Origin: Podarcis gaigeae
Taxonomy: Eukaryota
Strand: one strand, 5' to 3'
Length of the DNA: 64,000 nt
NCBI GenBank assembly: GCA_964106915.2
Contig: OZ066916.1
Notes under the pieces: model-generated
The model's database searches: none
Told to the model about the DNA's origin: nothing
Seen by the model: only the letters and a program-made list of their open reading frames with translations
Position numbers and translations under genes: made by a program
Shown here: one piece after another, positions 39,199 to 51,675 of the stretch
How positions within the stretch are numbered: position 1 is the stretch's first letter
Layout of the letters: every line of letters starts with the position of its first letter

Positions 39199-39691
39199 GT
39201 CGATTTCAGGTTTAAGTTTAATATGGTTGTGGTTTTTTTTAATGTAAAGAATCATGTAGTAGAAGGAAAACCAGAAAAATAATAATCATGTAACAGAAGT
39301 CTATCATTTTCTCTGAAATTTCCAGTGTCACTGAGAATCTTATCTCCATGTAACTTGGGCTGCAATACTATCCCCACTTAAAGACTACAACCCATTAAAT
39401 TCAGCAGGACTTTCTTCTGAGTAGACATGGGGAGCACTGTGCTGTTACAAAGGCGTAACCGCCACCTAACACAGAGAGGCTTGCTTCCATGTAAACATGC
39501 CGTTAGAAGAATATCCAGTCTTTATGACAGAACCCACACCACAGTAAACTTTGCACCGGCAAACAAGCATCCTGTCAAATCTATTTATGATATTGCATAT
39601 TACGTTCTACACAAATATTCAAGTGCCATTGACTTCAATGGGAGGATTTCCATACTTAGCTCCCTGTTTAACTTTGGCTGAATCAATGGAG

Positions 39692-39838
39692 ATAGCGGTC
39701 AGTGGAGCATGAGACTCTTAACCTCAAGGTCATGGGTCTGAGCCCCACGTTGGGCAAAATATTCCTGCATTGCAGGGGGTTCGACTAGATGATACTTGTG
39801 GTCCCTTCCAACTCTAGATTTTTTTTATTTATTTTTTT
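39692..39838 (+). mobile_element. tRNA-Lys-derived SINE with CR1 3' tail (lacertid P.s.1-like), antisense within the BPAG1e 3'UTR
   Basis: gagcatgagactcttaa...agccccacgttgggc head followed by the CR1 tail gactagatga...gtcccttccaactct. Confidence 0.8.
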
Positions 39839-40334
39839 GCAGGATAGTATTGCATCATACATTGATATAAATGCAACAGGGCATATTGTTTCACTTCTGA
39901 AAATTTCCCAAGAGCAGCTGGAATGGCAAAAACAACAACAACTCTGCAACACATTGCTACCACAATGATCCCAGTTAGCAAGCTGCTACTACCATTTATA
40001 CAACATAGAGGATCAATTCAGGGATAGTTTTAAGTATATTCAGGTCCTAATGATTTCAAGGAAAACTAAAGCATTAGCTTAAATTTCCACCAAAATTAAT
40101 GGGCCATAGAAGTGCTTAACTCTTATCAAATTGTGCATCATAATTACAAGCATGGAGCAACGTTAAATCTACTGTACGCTGAAAACTATACATAAGCAAA
40201 CTCAAAATGCTTTGTTCTGCTTAGAAATCAGCCAGGAACCCTATTTCACAACCCAATTAAATCATAGGGAATCATTTCCATGAGCCAGATGGTTTAAATT
40301 ACTGCAGGCCAATTTAATAACTTCCATTGTTAAA

Positions 40335-42125
40335 TTATGACTGTGAGGAAAAATACAGACTAGAAATTCCTGAGGAAATGAGCTCAGCTGCTTCTAGCAA
40401 TCGTAGCCCTGTGTGGCAGTCAAAAACCGCATTATCAAGGGCTTCTTTATACGTCAATTTCTTCTTTGTCTTGGGACACGTAATACCTTTTAAGTAGAAT
40501 TTGTCATTTTTCATCTTTGTAGCAGTGACGGCATCAATAATGCCCCTTTTAATAGCTTCTTCCATCGATAATCTGCAATGAGACTTGGGATCTATCAATC
40601 CACCAGTCAGATGTTGATACTCTAGGCAGCGAGTGCCCATTTCTTTCTCTAGGACATTTGTGTTCATTGCTTCAATGGCTGACAGAACACTCTTTGTTAC
40701 AGGGTGAATAATCCCAGTAAAGACCAGTTCACACTGCTGGACGTGCTTAGCAGACGCCTCATCAATCAGCTCCCTTTGCAAGGCCTCTGCCACACTATAT
40801 CTCTTCCCAGTAAAGGGATCAATTATACCTCCCGTACTTGCTTGTGCTTCAAGGCACCTCAGTGCCGTGGTTCTCTCCACTAGGTTTTTGCGAGCAGCTT
40901 TCAGAAGAGGCATTCTCTCATTTGTCTCGGGCAGCCAGACACCAGCAATGGGGCTGTTGACATCTGTCTGTGGTTTAGAATTGCTCAACAAAACATCCGC
41001 AAGCTCGCTGGCTGTGATTTGCCCTTCCTTGTATTGACTGACCAGCATTCTATCAACTTTGCCATCAGTTAATGCCTCGTCAATGTTGAACTGCATTCCA
41101 GTTTTTAGATCTGTCAGCACAAGGTAAGAATTTCCATGGTGATCAAAGCATGTGGATTCTTTCCACTGAAATTCTTGCCCTGACAGCTGGAGGTAGGTAC
41201 TTTTGTCTATCAGGGACTTTTTATAAGCCTCGTAGGAGGTCATTTCTGCTCCAGTTGTAATATCTACCACAGATATTTTATGAATTTTTTCTGCAGACGG
41301 GGTGGTTATTTTTCTCTCCCCAACAGGGAGCAGGAAGCATTTGCTTCCGATATCAAGTAAACACAGCTTCAGCAAATCATTATAATACATGGCTTGCCTA
41401 TTATTTGGATTCTGGAAGACTTTTTTATTACTGGAATGTTCATATATAAATTTCAGAACGGTGTTGTTCAGCAAGCCCAGCTGGACCGCAACTTCAGGAC
41501 GCACACGGACACTTCTCACAGGGTCAATAATACCTCCACTTGCTATCTGAGCTTCAATAAAACTTTTGCCTTTCTGCCTTTCAAGGATTCTGGTTTCAAT
41601 TGCTTGATAAACAGACAGCTTTTTCCCAGAAAATAGATATCCTAAAACTGCCTTTTCTGCCTCAAGAAGCCTGCTTTTGTATTCATGATCTACAAGTCCC
41701 TTGGCAACTGAATCATCAACCGAGTATTTCTGACCTGCTGTGGGGTCAATGATAAAACCAGTGGCGGCCTGGGCTTCAAGCAGTGCTAACACAGATGCTT
41801 TTTCAATTATTCTCTGCTTAGCTGCAGAAGCAAATGAGACCTTCCCTTTACTAGATTCAATATACAACCCAGCTATTGCAGTAGGCTTAGTCAAAAAATT
41901 CTCAAGATTTTTTTGAACCTCAGCAATGGCCTTCTTTCCTGAATGAAGCTGTTCAGCTGTGCTCAGGTCTAGAAGTTTAACTTCAATCAACTGCTTGGCA
42001 GTTACATCATGGCGGAGACCTTGAAATTTGATATTATCATATTCAGAGGGGATCAGAGCAACCTCCTTGGCTTGCTTTTCCTCTAAGATGGCACTGATCT
42101 TTGATAAATCTTCATTTTGGAGATT
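40335..42125 (-). CDS. DST: BPAG1e terminal coding exon: two plakin (plectin) repeat domains and stop codon
   Basis: Acceptor ctatttacag|AATCTC; motifs LLEAQAATGFIIDP, LEAQASTGGIIDP and HTGLRLLE; ends SSLYFSSQS*. Confidence 0.93.
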   Translation of the reverse strand, partial: NLQNEDLSKISAILEEKQAKEVALIPSEYDNIKFQGLRHDVTAKQLIEVKLLDLSTAEQLHSGKKAIAEVQKNLENFLTKPTAIAGLYIESSKGKVSFASAAKQRIIEKASVLALLEAQAATGFIIDPTAGQKYSVDDSVAKGLVDHEYKSRLLEAEKAVLGYLFSGKKLSVYQAIETRILERQKGKSFIEAQIASGGIIDPVRSVRVRPEVAVQLGLLNNTVLKFIYEHSSNKKVFQNPNNRQAMYYNDLLKLCLLDIGSKCFLLPVGERKITTPSAEKIHKISVVDITTGAEMTSYEAYKKSLIDKSTYLQLSGQEFQWKESTCFDHHGNSYLVLTDLKTGMQFNIDEALTDGKVDRMLVSQYKEGQITASELADVLLSNSKPQTDVNSPIAGVWLPETNERMPLLKAARKNLVERTTALRCLEAQASTGGIIDPFTGKRYSVAEALQRELIDEASAKHVQQCELVFTGIIHPVTKSVLSAIEAMNTNVLEKEMGTRCLEYQHLTGGLIDPKSHCRLSMEEAIKRGIIDAVTATKMKNDKFYLKGITCPKTKKKLTYKEALDNAVFDCHTGLRLLEAAELISSGISSLYFSSQS

Positions 42126-43235
42126 CTGTAAATAGGAATTGTTTGACATAATGAAGGATACTGTACTTAGAAAATAGCATCAAGTTATTAATCTAGCCCA
42201 TAAACAAGGAGAGGGGGAGAGATGCAGAATGTGAACAGCAAACACTAAGAATCAGCAAACTTTATTAACCCTGGCAATATGGAATTTTGTTTGAGAAGGA
42301 AAGTGGGATGGAATGACAGCAAAGTGTAAAAAGAGAAACTATCTCTTAGCAATATCATTACCCTTCTAATTGCAAACTCAGGTGGTGAATGAAGGCAGGA
42401 AATCCCCAAGATTCACAGAAGCACTATATATTAAAACCTAAGGGGGCAAAACCAAACAAACCCTCAAAGGAGACAATGCTCAGAGCATGCTCAGTAGCTA
42501 TGGAATGCAGAGTGCAGCTGGAAAAGAAAAACAAAACAGCGTGGGAAGGGTGGAATGGCCAGTTTGGAGGGAACTGCTGAGAGAACCCTGAATCTCATTT
42601 CCTTTGGGCGAAATGAGAGACTGCACCTTTTTGCTCCAAGTACCACTTTTAAAAATCTAATGCGAATGTGAACAACTTGGATTTGTGAATTTCTTTCTTC
42701 ATTCTAGGAAGCCAGGTCTGTTGTATGTGCAGTACAATACTTAAGAGTGATCTTGGACTTCTGTAGGCCACAAAAAATCATTAGGCAGTTGGATGGGGAG
42801 CTTTTAAGGTTAGAAGTGCACTTTTTGCCTCCACCTCATGTCTTGTTGAAATCATAGGGTGTGGGGACAACTGTGGGCAGAGAATGGTGTAAAGACACAT
42901 CATTCTGCCTGCTGCTTTTATCCGGCAAACACCATTTTGCAGAGAAGTGTGCTCTTCGGTATGTAGGGCCCCCTCTTTTAAACAAATGGGGAACCTTTTG
43001 GTGGGTGTTGGTGGGTGAAATTTTTGCTTCCACACATGCAAGCAACTTCTGCATCTGCACAAATGTCTTGGGGTTATAATGCGGATTGATGCGTGCCAGA
43101 TGTAAGAAAGTGTTCGATATCAGATAAGATGAAAACATAGAAATAGAACAGAAAAGCAATGAAGATTACAGGAGAACAGAAAGTTGTAACAACAACACCC
43201 AAGCAATATCAAACGCCATCAAATGTGCCATGTAC

Positions 43236-45923
43236 CTCCAATGGATGCAGACGCTTCCCTAAGCCCACTTCATAACTCTCTTCAAGCCTGGAACTGAGGA
43301 GTTTGCCGTCTCTCAATTTATCTATTTCTGAAATTCTTGTGATAGGGTTGCTCTTATCAACCGTTATCTCAAACTCTGTGCTTGTCTGGGAAACATATTC
43401 GGCATAGGACTGTTGACTTATTCCATTTTCCAGTTGGTGGGTTACTCCGGACAACTGGAATGGCTTCTCTCGTTGCAATGAATCAGTGGCAACTGTTTGC
43501 AACTTCTGTGCAACCAGCGGTTCAGATTTGCAACTTGAGCCACTTAGGTGTCTCCTTCTTAATAAAGGAGATGTGGTCGTACAGAGGTTAATATGTTCAA
43601 AATCTCTTGGGGAGGTGTCTCCCAAGTAACTAAACCCATTTCCCTTCCACCCAAAGTCTAACTGGATGTTCCTTTTGTTGATCTCATTCTGAAACCAACG
43701 CAGCTGATTGCTGTGATCTCTTTTCTGCAGGTCTATTTGGTGCTTCAAGTTCTCTACTGTCCGCCTCTGCATTTGCAACTCTTCTTCCATTTTGCGGTAT
43801 TTCTGCACATACTCCATTTCTGCATGCTTGCCTTGCTGAAGCTGCTCACGGGATTTCTGAAGTCTGTCTTGCAGGTCTTCAATTTGAAGTTTATACATTC
43901 TAATGTTGTCTTGAGCCATGTGGTTTTCTTGCTGCAGGGTGATGCATTCCATCCTGATACCAGATATGTCATTTTCCGCTATGTTGTGAGTTTCCAAGAG
44001 CTTTTCAAATTTCTTCCTAAACTCTTCTGCAGAATGCTTGAATGCAATTGATTCTTCCTGAAGTAAAGCCACATTTTGGCGTGCCATTTGTTCCTCCAAG
44101 GTCTTCTGATGCAAGTCGTCTTGCAGCTTCTTCATCTTGCTATTGAGCTCATGAATATGAGACTGCTGCTGCTGGACCTTCTGCTCGTTCATCTTCATTT
44201 CCATAGTGAATGTGCTCATCTGAGTACGTAGATTTCTTATTTCCATCTCTGCATTCATGTTATAAGCATTGTCCCTGTCACATTTCTGCTTAAATTCACC
44301 GGCTAATTCTTTTGCTTTTATTAGCTCATCTTCTAATCTCTTGATGTGATCCAAGTGCTCCTGCTCAAGTATTATCTGTTTGTGCAGTTGTTCATTTGTG
44401 ATACGTAGTTGCTCTTTGAAACCTTCAGCCAGGGCTTTTAATTCATCATTTTTTCTGTCAATAATTTGTCTTTCAAGAATTATCTTCTCTGAATCAGTCC
44501 GGACTTCAGTCATCATTATTTTGGTCTCGCTGTTCCATCTAGAAAGCTCCTCAACCTTCTGTTTTAACTTTTCCACTAAGTGATTGCTATCTGCTAAATC
44601 ATCTTTCAGTCTTTGAATTTTCAGCTGGTTTTCTTTTTCTTCTCTTGTCTTTTGAAGGAATTGTTCCTGCATTTTTTTTAACTGTTCTTGTAGGCTGGTT
44701 GCTTCCCCTCTGCTTGAAACAGTTCTCTGTTCAGCTGCCATTTTTTCTTGCTGAAGAGAAGTGATTTGGGAATGCAATTGCTGAATAGTAATTCCAGTGT
44801 TTGTGTGTGTCCTAGCCAACTCTTCCAGCTCCATCTTTAACAGTGCCTTCTCCTTCTGAAGTGACCTCAGCTCTTCTTGATACTTCATATTTATTTTCTT
44901 CAGATCCATGGCTTCTTGCATTACCTCTTCAGCTTTGCCTGTGGTTTTCTGCAGCTGCCTGTCAAGCTCTTTCAGCTGCTCCAAGTATCCTTGCTCTACC
45001 AGCTCTTTCTGATCCAGCTCTACTTTAAGGCGCCTGAGAGAATTATTGGCATCATCCAGTTTTTCTTTTAGTAAGCGAGCCTTTTCTTCAGCAGACGCAT
45101 TCTGCAGTTCAAGTTCACACAGTTCGTATTTTAGGTCTTTGATGGTTTTCTCGGACTTTTTGTTGGCAAATGTTAGCTCATCCACCAGTTGCTGGAATTC
45201 CTCTATGTTTTTCAGTTCTTGCTTTTCTCTGAAAAAGTCTGAACCTGTTGGCAACAGAGTTTCTTGTCCTATTATAGTAATTTGCCTTCTGACTTCGGTT
45301 ATTTCCTTTTCTCTGCATTTGCTTTTCACTAGACTACCTTGAAACTCCATGTCTTGTTCCATTTCCTTAATGAGTTTCACAAGCTTCTCTTCTTCAGCAG
45401 TCTTCTTCCTCAGCTCCTCCATCAGTGCTTTCTTTTGCTGCTCTAAATCTTGAAGATTGGTGTCCTTCCTTCTTAACTTATCTTCAAGAGCATCTCTAGC
45501 TACAGCAGTTTCCTCTAGCTGCATTCTGAAAGCTCTGAACTTTTCCTCAACCATACTTCTCTGAGCCTCAGTCTTCAAAGCGAGCTGCTTCACACGCTCC
45601 AACTCCTGCTCTGCGTCTTCTTTCTCTTTAAGAGCATCCTCTAGTTCCATGCGATAGCGCTTTGCTTCTTGCTCAGCCTTGGCTTTCTGGAGAGAAATCT
45701 CCTCCATTTTGGTCTGCTGCTTCTTCATTTCTTTCTCTGCATCGGCCTTTGCTTTTGGAAGTTCTACTTCCAACTGGAACTTCTGTTTCCTCAACTCATC
45801 CAACGTCTCCTCAAGCTCATTTATCCTCTCCATAAGTTTTCTGTTCTCACTCATTACTTCTTTTTGCTGCTGCTCCAGATCAGAATATTCACCACGTACT
45901 AGTGCCTCCTTATTCTTCAGGAT
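43236..45923 (-). CDS. DST: BPAG1e/BP230-specific coiled-coil rod exon (896 codons)
   Basis: ORF 43209-45854 extends to the acceptor at 45923 (ILKNKEALVRGEYSDL...). Heptad-rich; ends ...LHPLE|gtacat; 2688 nt, phase 0/0. Confidence 0.95.
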
Positions 45924-46959
45924 CTACCAAAAAAAATAAGGCAACAAGAAACATTGAAATCCATTCTTTTAAAACGTTAGGTAATGTTGTAATGTTAAAA
46001 TGCACAGTTGCAAATACTTACAAACTTCAACTACAGCATGTCAGCAGCACAGACTGAGGGATTCCCACCACCACTGTCACCATCAGAAAGGGACCGTTAG
46101 TTAGAGTAAAGAGAAAGCTGCATGAAGGAATCCACCAGCTGAAGTCCTCAAGAAGAATCCCTTTGCTTTCAGGATAAGAGTTGTTTCATAGGTTGAAGGT
46201 GATGCCCAGAAGCTCACTTGCATGAGTCCTTGCTTAAAAGCTACAGAGCAACTTCTCAGCAAAACACACCATGCAAGAAAAAAGCACTTCCTCATTTGAT
46301 GGTTAGTTGAATAAGAAGAGGAGGGTGTTTTAGTGTAAAACATGATACAATTAGCAAGAAACCACATTTAATTAGCTATGTCCTTCAACAATAGTTATTT
46401 AGGCTCTGAACATAATGCTCTTTCTTTTAACAAAAGACTAGCACAATGTTACAGTATCATTAACTCACCAAGACATACTAATGCAAAGGCAGCTTTATTT
46501 CCTTCTGGATTGAATTTAATTCTTTCTAACTATTGCTGTTAAATGAGATTTTATTTTCCAGTAGATGTCCCATTACACCAATAAATGCGACATCTACTGG
46601 TATATAACACAAACCACAAGATACTTGGAAACGCCAATGCTAAAGATCATTAAAATGTAATAATTTAATTATCTCCCCGCCCACTAATCCTGATCAGCAA
46701 AACAAGTTGTCAGCTGGGAGGTTTCTGTAGCTGATCTTGCTACATAAATGAATAAAAGGAATGATTATGCAAATCAACAGCTTAGCAGTTTGTTTAAATA
46801 TTGCAACTCCATTGAATCAGTTTTAAATCAATTTTCGCACCACACAAAGACATATTTAAGTTTCAAGTGATGATTAGGAATGATTTTGAAGTTGTATTTA
46901 TTTCTATAATACTATTATATTCGTTATGATTGCCTCTGATTTTCAATACAACTATGTAC

Positions 46960-48227
46960 CTCTTTCTTTTTTATTTCTTCCTTTTGGCCTATGCTTTCTC
47001 TGCACATTCTCGATTCAAAAACTGGCTGTTCGTTTCCTGTGTTTCCATACTTTGTTCTCCTGACATCCTCTCTCAGTTTATGATTTTTGTCTTCTTCGAG
47101 TAGCTTTGAATGGTCATGTACATCTTTATGCAGCACTAACTCAGCTAGAAAAAATCCTTCCTTTTTTTTAAAAAAAAAACATATCCACTTCCATCTCTAC
47201 ATTTTCTTTGTGAACACCAGTGAATAGAGTGGTCAAAGCACAGACAACATTCTGTGTCAAACTCTCAGCATTTGAAGATTGCAAGAAAGGGTATCTTCAA
47301 ATTTTTCCTTTCTTGGTTCATGTCCAAATTACCCTTCCTCAAAATTATTTTGCTTTAGGAACTGGCCAGCACTACATCACTATTTATTTGAATAACATAA
47401 CAATACTGAATTCATATTTTGGTTGACGTTGCTTTGCATCATTCCACAATTTAGTTCATACACTTTTAGACTATGCTGTATAACTGTGTTTTCTACTGTG
47501 TAAACCTTTGAAACAGCACAGAAACAAGTTGTGCTTCCTTGGCCTTCAACATTTATTTTCTTTGGAATTTGTACAGTCTTTCTTGTGGCGTAGCTGTTCT
47601 AAAATTGCTGCTACCTAGAGACATATTATGTAATGTATTAGTAGTATTCGCCTGTCAGAAGGACACGGTTGTCTTAATTGTTGCTGCATTGTCTTACTGA
47701 TTCCTTCCTTGGTTTTAAATTGCTTAGGGCAGTTTTGCAACAATGGCTAACAATTCACCTGTTTGAATATTCTCTTCCACCTTTATCAGTACACTGTGAG
47801 AATATTTTTCAAAGTCTTTATTCAGGTTCTCAGGGTGCAACCTTTCTGAAAGGCAAGTGGGTTGTTGAATTGGGCTGATTCCCATGGGATAATGCCCTGC
47901 CTTCAGACTTCTATTCTTTATTCTCATCACAGGCTCAGAATTAGTTTTCCCATGTTACTCTTGCTCTCTCCTTCAGTGAAATAGACCATTTAAATTTCTC
48001 CTCCCTTTCATCAGCAACATGCACTGCCTCCACTGGCAGCTTTGTCTGCCTGCCATTTTTATTTGCAGACCGAATAGAAAACTCTTTTCTGAATTGGCCT
48101 TGTTCAATACTATACATCACAGGAACTATTGAGATATCTTTGCTTGCATGCAGATGCCTCTCTTTGCCATACTTCCCAACCCTGTCCATCCTGTCATCAC
48201 TACTTAGACTACTATCAAATCCAGCTG
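46960..48227 (-). pseudogene. Putative decayed (fossil) coding exon in a DST intron
   Basis: Acceptor tttcaacctag, donor GAG|gtacat. Between them are consecutive coding-like, E/K/N/S-rich open stretches broken by frameshifts and stops. Confidence 0.5.
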
Positions 48228-48553
48228 CTAGGTTGAAAGCACAGCAGTGTGAGAGAGCTTATAAGCCAATAAATATAAAGGTATTTTACAAGTTTCTCAG
48301 TACCTTAGGGAAATTCTCTTATAGAACCAATATCCTGCAATAGAATTTTAGCAAACTAAAGTAGGAAAAATAGTAAGGACAATGAGAGCAGATAATTTTA
48401 GGTCAGTCTTGGTGTTCACTAGATACGTGATGTCAACCTTCATTTTATATCTAGAGAGTACGTAAGGAGTTCACATCATCTATCCTTATACTTAAAAAAG
48501 TATAGCTGCCTTAGTGGTTTTACTATCCCTTTGAAAGTTATCTGCTGACTTAC

Positions 48554-48652
48554 CTCTTCCTCCTCCAGCCTTTTGAGAGAGTCACCAGCAAACTTTATAT
48601 ACTGAGTCATCAAGGTCACCAAAGCTGTGTAGCGTGTTCGTAAGTCCATAAA
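48554..48652 (-). CDS. DST: DST last shared plakin exon ([33 protein letters not shown]), branch point between the e and a/b isoforms
   Basis: 99 nt, phase 0/0, donor gtaagt; joins in frame to both the 45923 and 38651 acceptors. Confidence 0.95.
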
Positions 48653-49477
48653 CTGTAATGAAACAGAGGAACGGTACTGATTCATGCTGAAATGGAGTGT
48701 CTTAAATTTATTTACTTTTATATAGAACAAATAAGGTTACAAGATGATTTCTGAAATAAAAATGAACTGTGTCTTCATAAATCATAATATACAAAACACA
48801 TTAGAAAGATTACCCTGAGTCCAACAGATTCTTAGAAGAATCAGTGTAACAAACAGAGTGTTGAGAGAAGTTGACTTCTGTCTGCTTTGGGGGTAGCAGG
48901 TGTGGAGGTGCTCTTAAGAATGAAAGATGAAGGACCAAATTCATCATGGGATTAACCTCCTAACCCCTCACGCCTTAAATCATTTATTTTATGAATTATT
49001 GAATGCAATGAATCCCAACACATTTTTCTGTATGAAGCAGAGACATCATTCAATATGTTATATTAGAAAAGGATGCTTCAGGGTCCCGAAAAGACATGAG
49101 AGTTACAGACATATACAGGAACATAATCTTTCATAAATCATTCTGTAACTCTTTGTATTCTGGCTATCATTCACAGAGTCTGTGATTATATTCAGTCTCG
49201 ATTGCACTTAATCTCTATCTTGCTGATGGGTGAGCTTGCAAACTCTGGAACAAAGAAATGTCTATACGCAGCCTCATTTCAATCACAGGCAAGGATAGGT
49301 TCCAAACGTCAGTTTGTTGTACTCTTACCCTATGGTCACCAGTATCCACATTTTAATCTAAGTTCTTTAGATCCTTTAACTCTAAAGAACTCCCTACCTA
49401 CACTGAACTTCTAAATTGCAGTGATTTGGGGGTTTTCGTTTACAAATCCTCATTAACTCTTTTGGACACATTAATCT

Positions 49478-49668
49478 ACCTTATACCAAATCAGACCAAC
49501 TGTTCCATCCAGTTTGGTACTATCTATGCTGATGTGTAAAAGCTCTCCAAGGTATCATCCACCAGATGTTCCTTGTCATGCAACCTGTGATTCCTCTTGC
49601 TAGAGATGCCAGTAGTTGAACCTGGAACCTTCTTGATGCAAATCATGTATTCTACCTCTGAGCAACCA
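49478..49668 (-). mobile_element. Old tRNA-derived SINE (Squam2-like)
   Basis: Reverse complement reads gctcagaggtaga...gcatcaagaaggttccaggttcaac...ggcatctc with a ctgatttggtataagg tail. Confidence 0.55.
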
Positions 49669-50032
49669 CCTCTCTTCAGAATCACGGGCACTGGCCACAG
49701 TCCATTCCACAACTGTACATTTGCACATTACACTGAAGTTGATGATATGGAAACTGGTGAAACTGTACCCTGGAATAATGTGATAAACTAATCTATGTAA
49801 CACTGGCAACTTCAGGTGACCACATCGTGCTCTCTGACTGGATATATTGTCCAAGTAGCTGTAGCTAGACTAGCTGCACCCAAAATGAAGCAGCAGGGTG
49901 TAACATGATCAATTACTAGCTTTGTATATTTATACTGAAAGTATTTCATGAACGTGGCTCAAAAGCTTTCACAATGCAGAAGTGGAATGTGGGCCATTAT
50001 AAAGCATTATATATTAAGGCACGTCCACCTAC

Positions 50033-50140
50033 CTCTTGGATAATGAAATCAGAGGAGCTCTGCATTCTTCGGCGTTTCACTGGAGATTTTTGCTGGGAGT
50101 CAACCATGGCTCTGTATGTCATCGTTTGCAACTCATAGTC
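50033..50140 (-). CDS. DST: DST exon with the basic PVKRRRM (NLS-type) motif ([36 protein letters not shown])
   Basis: 108 nt, phase 0/0; motif typical of the spectraplakin plakin-domain C-terminus. Confidence 0.94.
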
Positions 50141-50854
50141 CTGCAGAAAATAAATGGAAATAGGTAAACCTGTAAGCTACTTGTTCCATACTAGGAGTCC
50201 TTCAAGTGCTGCATGAATTCATCTGAAGACTATGGGTGATATCCAATGGCGACTGGTCTGCTGACAGAAGGGAATGTGGCAGGAGAACTGGGAAGGAGGC
50301 AATTGTAGGCAATCCCCCTATAGCATACAATCTGGACAGTTCTAGATCCCCCTCAAGATCTGGACAGTTGGAAGGTGGGGAACATCTTCCAGAACAGATT
50401 TTGAGGGGGAGGGGATGCAAGGTATTGGAAGGGAAAGATTAACTCCTGTCAGCTGACAGTCACCAGAAGATATCTTGGACACCAGGGCAGTGAAGCTGGA
50501 GCGTAAAAGAAGACAATGCAGCTGCTGTGGAACTCACATTATAACTGGACTGGGAAACAGCAACTTCCCTCAGCTCAACTGGCAGGTTTCATTGATAGTT
50601 TTCCATACAAAACCCGTCACTCTGGAAACAGAAGTAGAGATAGGAAGAATGCCTGCACACAGCTGAACAGGACCATTGGAGGTTTCTCTTGGCTTTTCTC
50701 TGTTGTTTTGGTGACAGGTAAAGCTGCCACTCAAGTGGGTAGGTTGGATTGTCTGATTACAGACCACACCCAGCAGCACAGGAGAGGGTGGCATGGTGGG
50801 GTGGCACTGTTTGCCTGACCTCTGGTCTGTGGTGCTGCTGCAGTTTAAGATAAA

Positions 50855-51223
50855 AAAGGTAAAGGACCCCATGATGGTTAAGTCCAATCAAAGGCAACTA
50901 TGGGGTGCAGTGCTCATCTCACTTTCAGGCCGAGGGAGCCAGTGTTTGTCCACAGACAGCTTTTCCAGGTCATGTGGCTAGCATGACTAAACCGCTTCTG
51001 GCGCAATGGAACACCATGACGGAAACCAGAGTGCACAGAAACGCCATTTACCTTCCCACCGCAGAGGTACCTATTTATCTACGTGCACTGGCATGCTTTC
51101 GAACTGCTAGGTTGGCAGGAGCTGGAACAGAGCAATGGGAGCTCACCCTGTCACGGGGATTCAAACCATTGACCTTCTGATCGGCAAGCCCAAGAGGCTC
51201 AGTGGTTTAGACCACAGTGCCAC
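50855..51223 (-). mobile_element. Sauria SINE (Squam1)
   Basis: Reverse-complement match to the 26620 copy (ttcgaactgctaggttggcagg, aaaggtaaagg tail). Confidence 0.88.
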
Positions 51224-51591
51224 TATGAGGTATAGGTGAGGCAGCAGCAAGGTCAGCATTTTGCAAATGCACTGGAAGGAGCACCAGATTGCCTATGCTA
51301 GAGTTCAGCTGAGAGCCGCCACCCCAGCCCACTACTGCTGCCAGCGCCCACTGATACAATGCAGCCTAACAATGTGGATTGGAGCAGCAGCTGTGGCAGT
51401 AACAGCAACATGTGAAGCAATGTGTAAAGTGTATCTCTCAGAAGACACGGCAGCTTCCACATTTCCACACCCAGACTTCCAGGTGCAGGAACAGCAGCAT
51501 CACTGTCGTCATTCTGGATGCTGAGCAATGCTCACATTTCCACAAAGAATTAAAAAATAATAATAACTGTGCAGAGAAGTTATAGCTTTAC

Positions 51592-51675
51592 CTTTACTGC
51601 AGCTGAATACTGCTCTGAGTGCTTCTGGCATTCATCTAGCTTGTTTTGTTTTGTCTCTATTTCCGAAACTAGCAT
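51592..51675 (-). CDS. DST: DST exon ([28 protein letters not shown])
   Basis: 84 nt, phase 0/0. Confidence 0.92.

Noticed and set aside
39692-39755. Functional tRNA-Lys gene
   Set aside because: The acceptor stem, D arm and T loop are degenerate and it runs into a CR1 tail, so it is a SINE.
40335-45854. The 881-aa and 604-aa ORFs as standalone intronless genes
   Set aside because: Both have in-frame splice acceptors and join the upstream plakin exons; their ATGs are internal or intronic.
43382-45939. + strand ORFs over the rod exon
   Set aside because: Antisense shadows of E/K/Q-rich codons.
50230-51530. Possible L2 endonuclease (GGVALF) and CR1 ORF1 (AVTATCEAMCKVYL) remnants around the SINE
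   Set aside because: Each rests on a single short motif; too weak to annotate without a library search.
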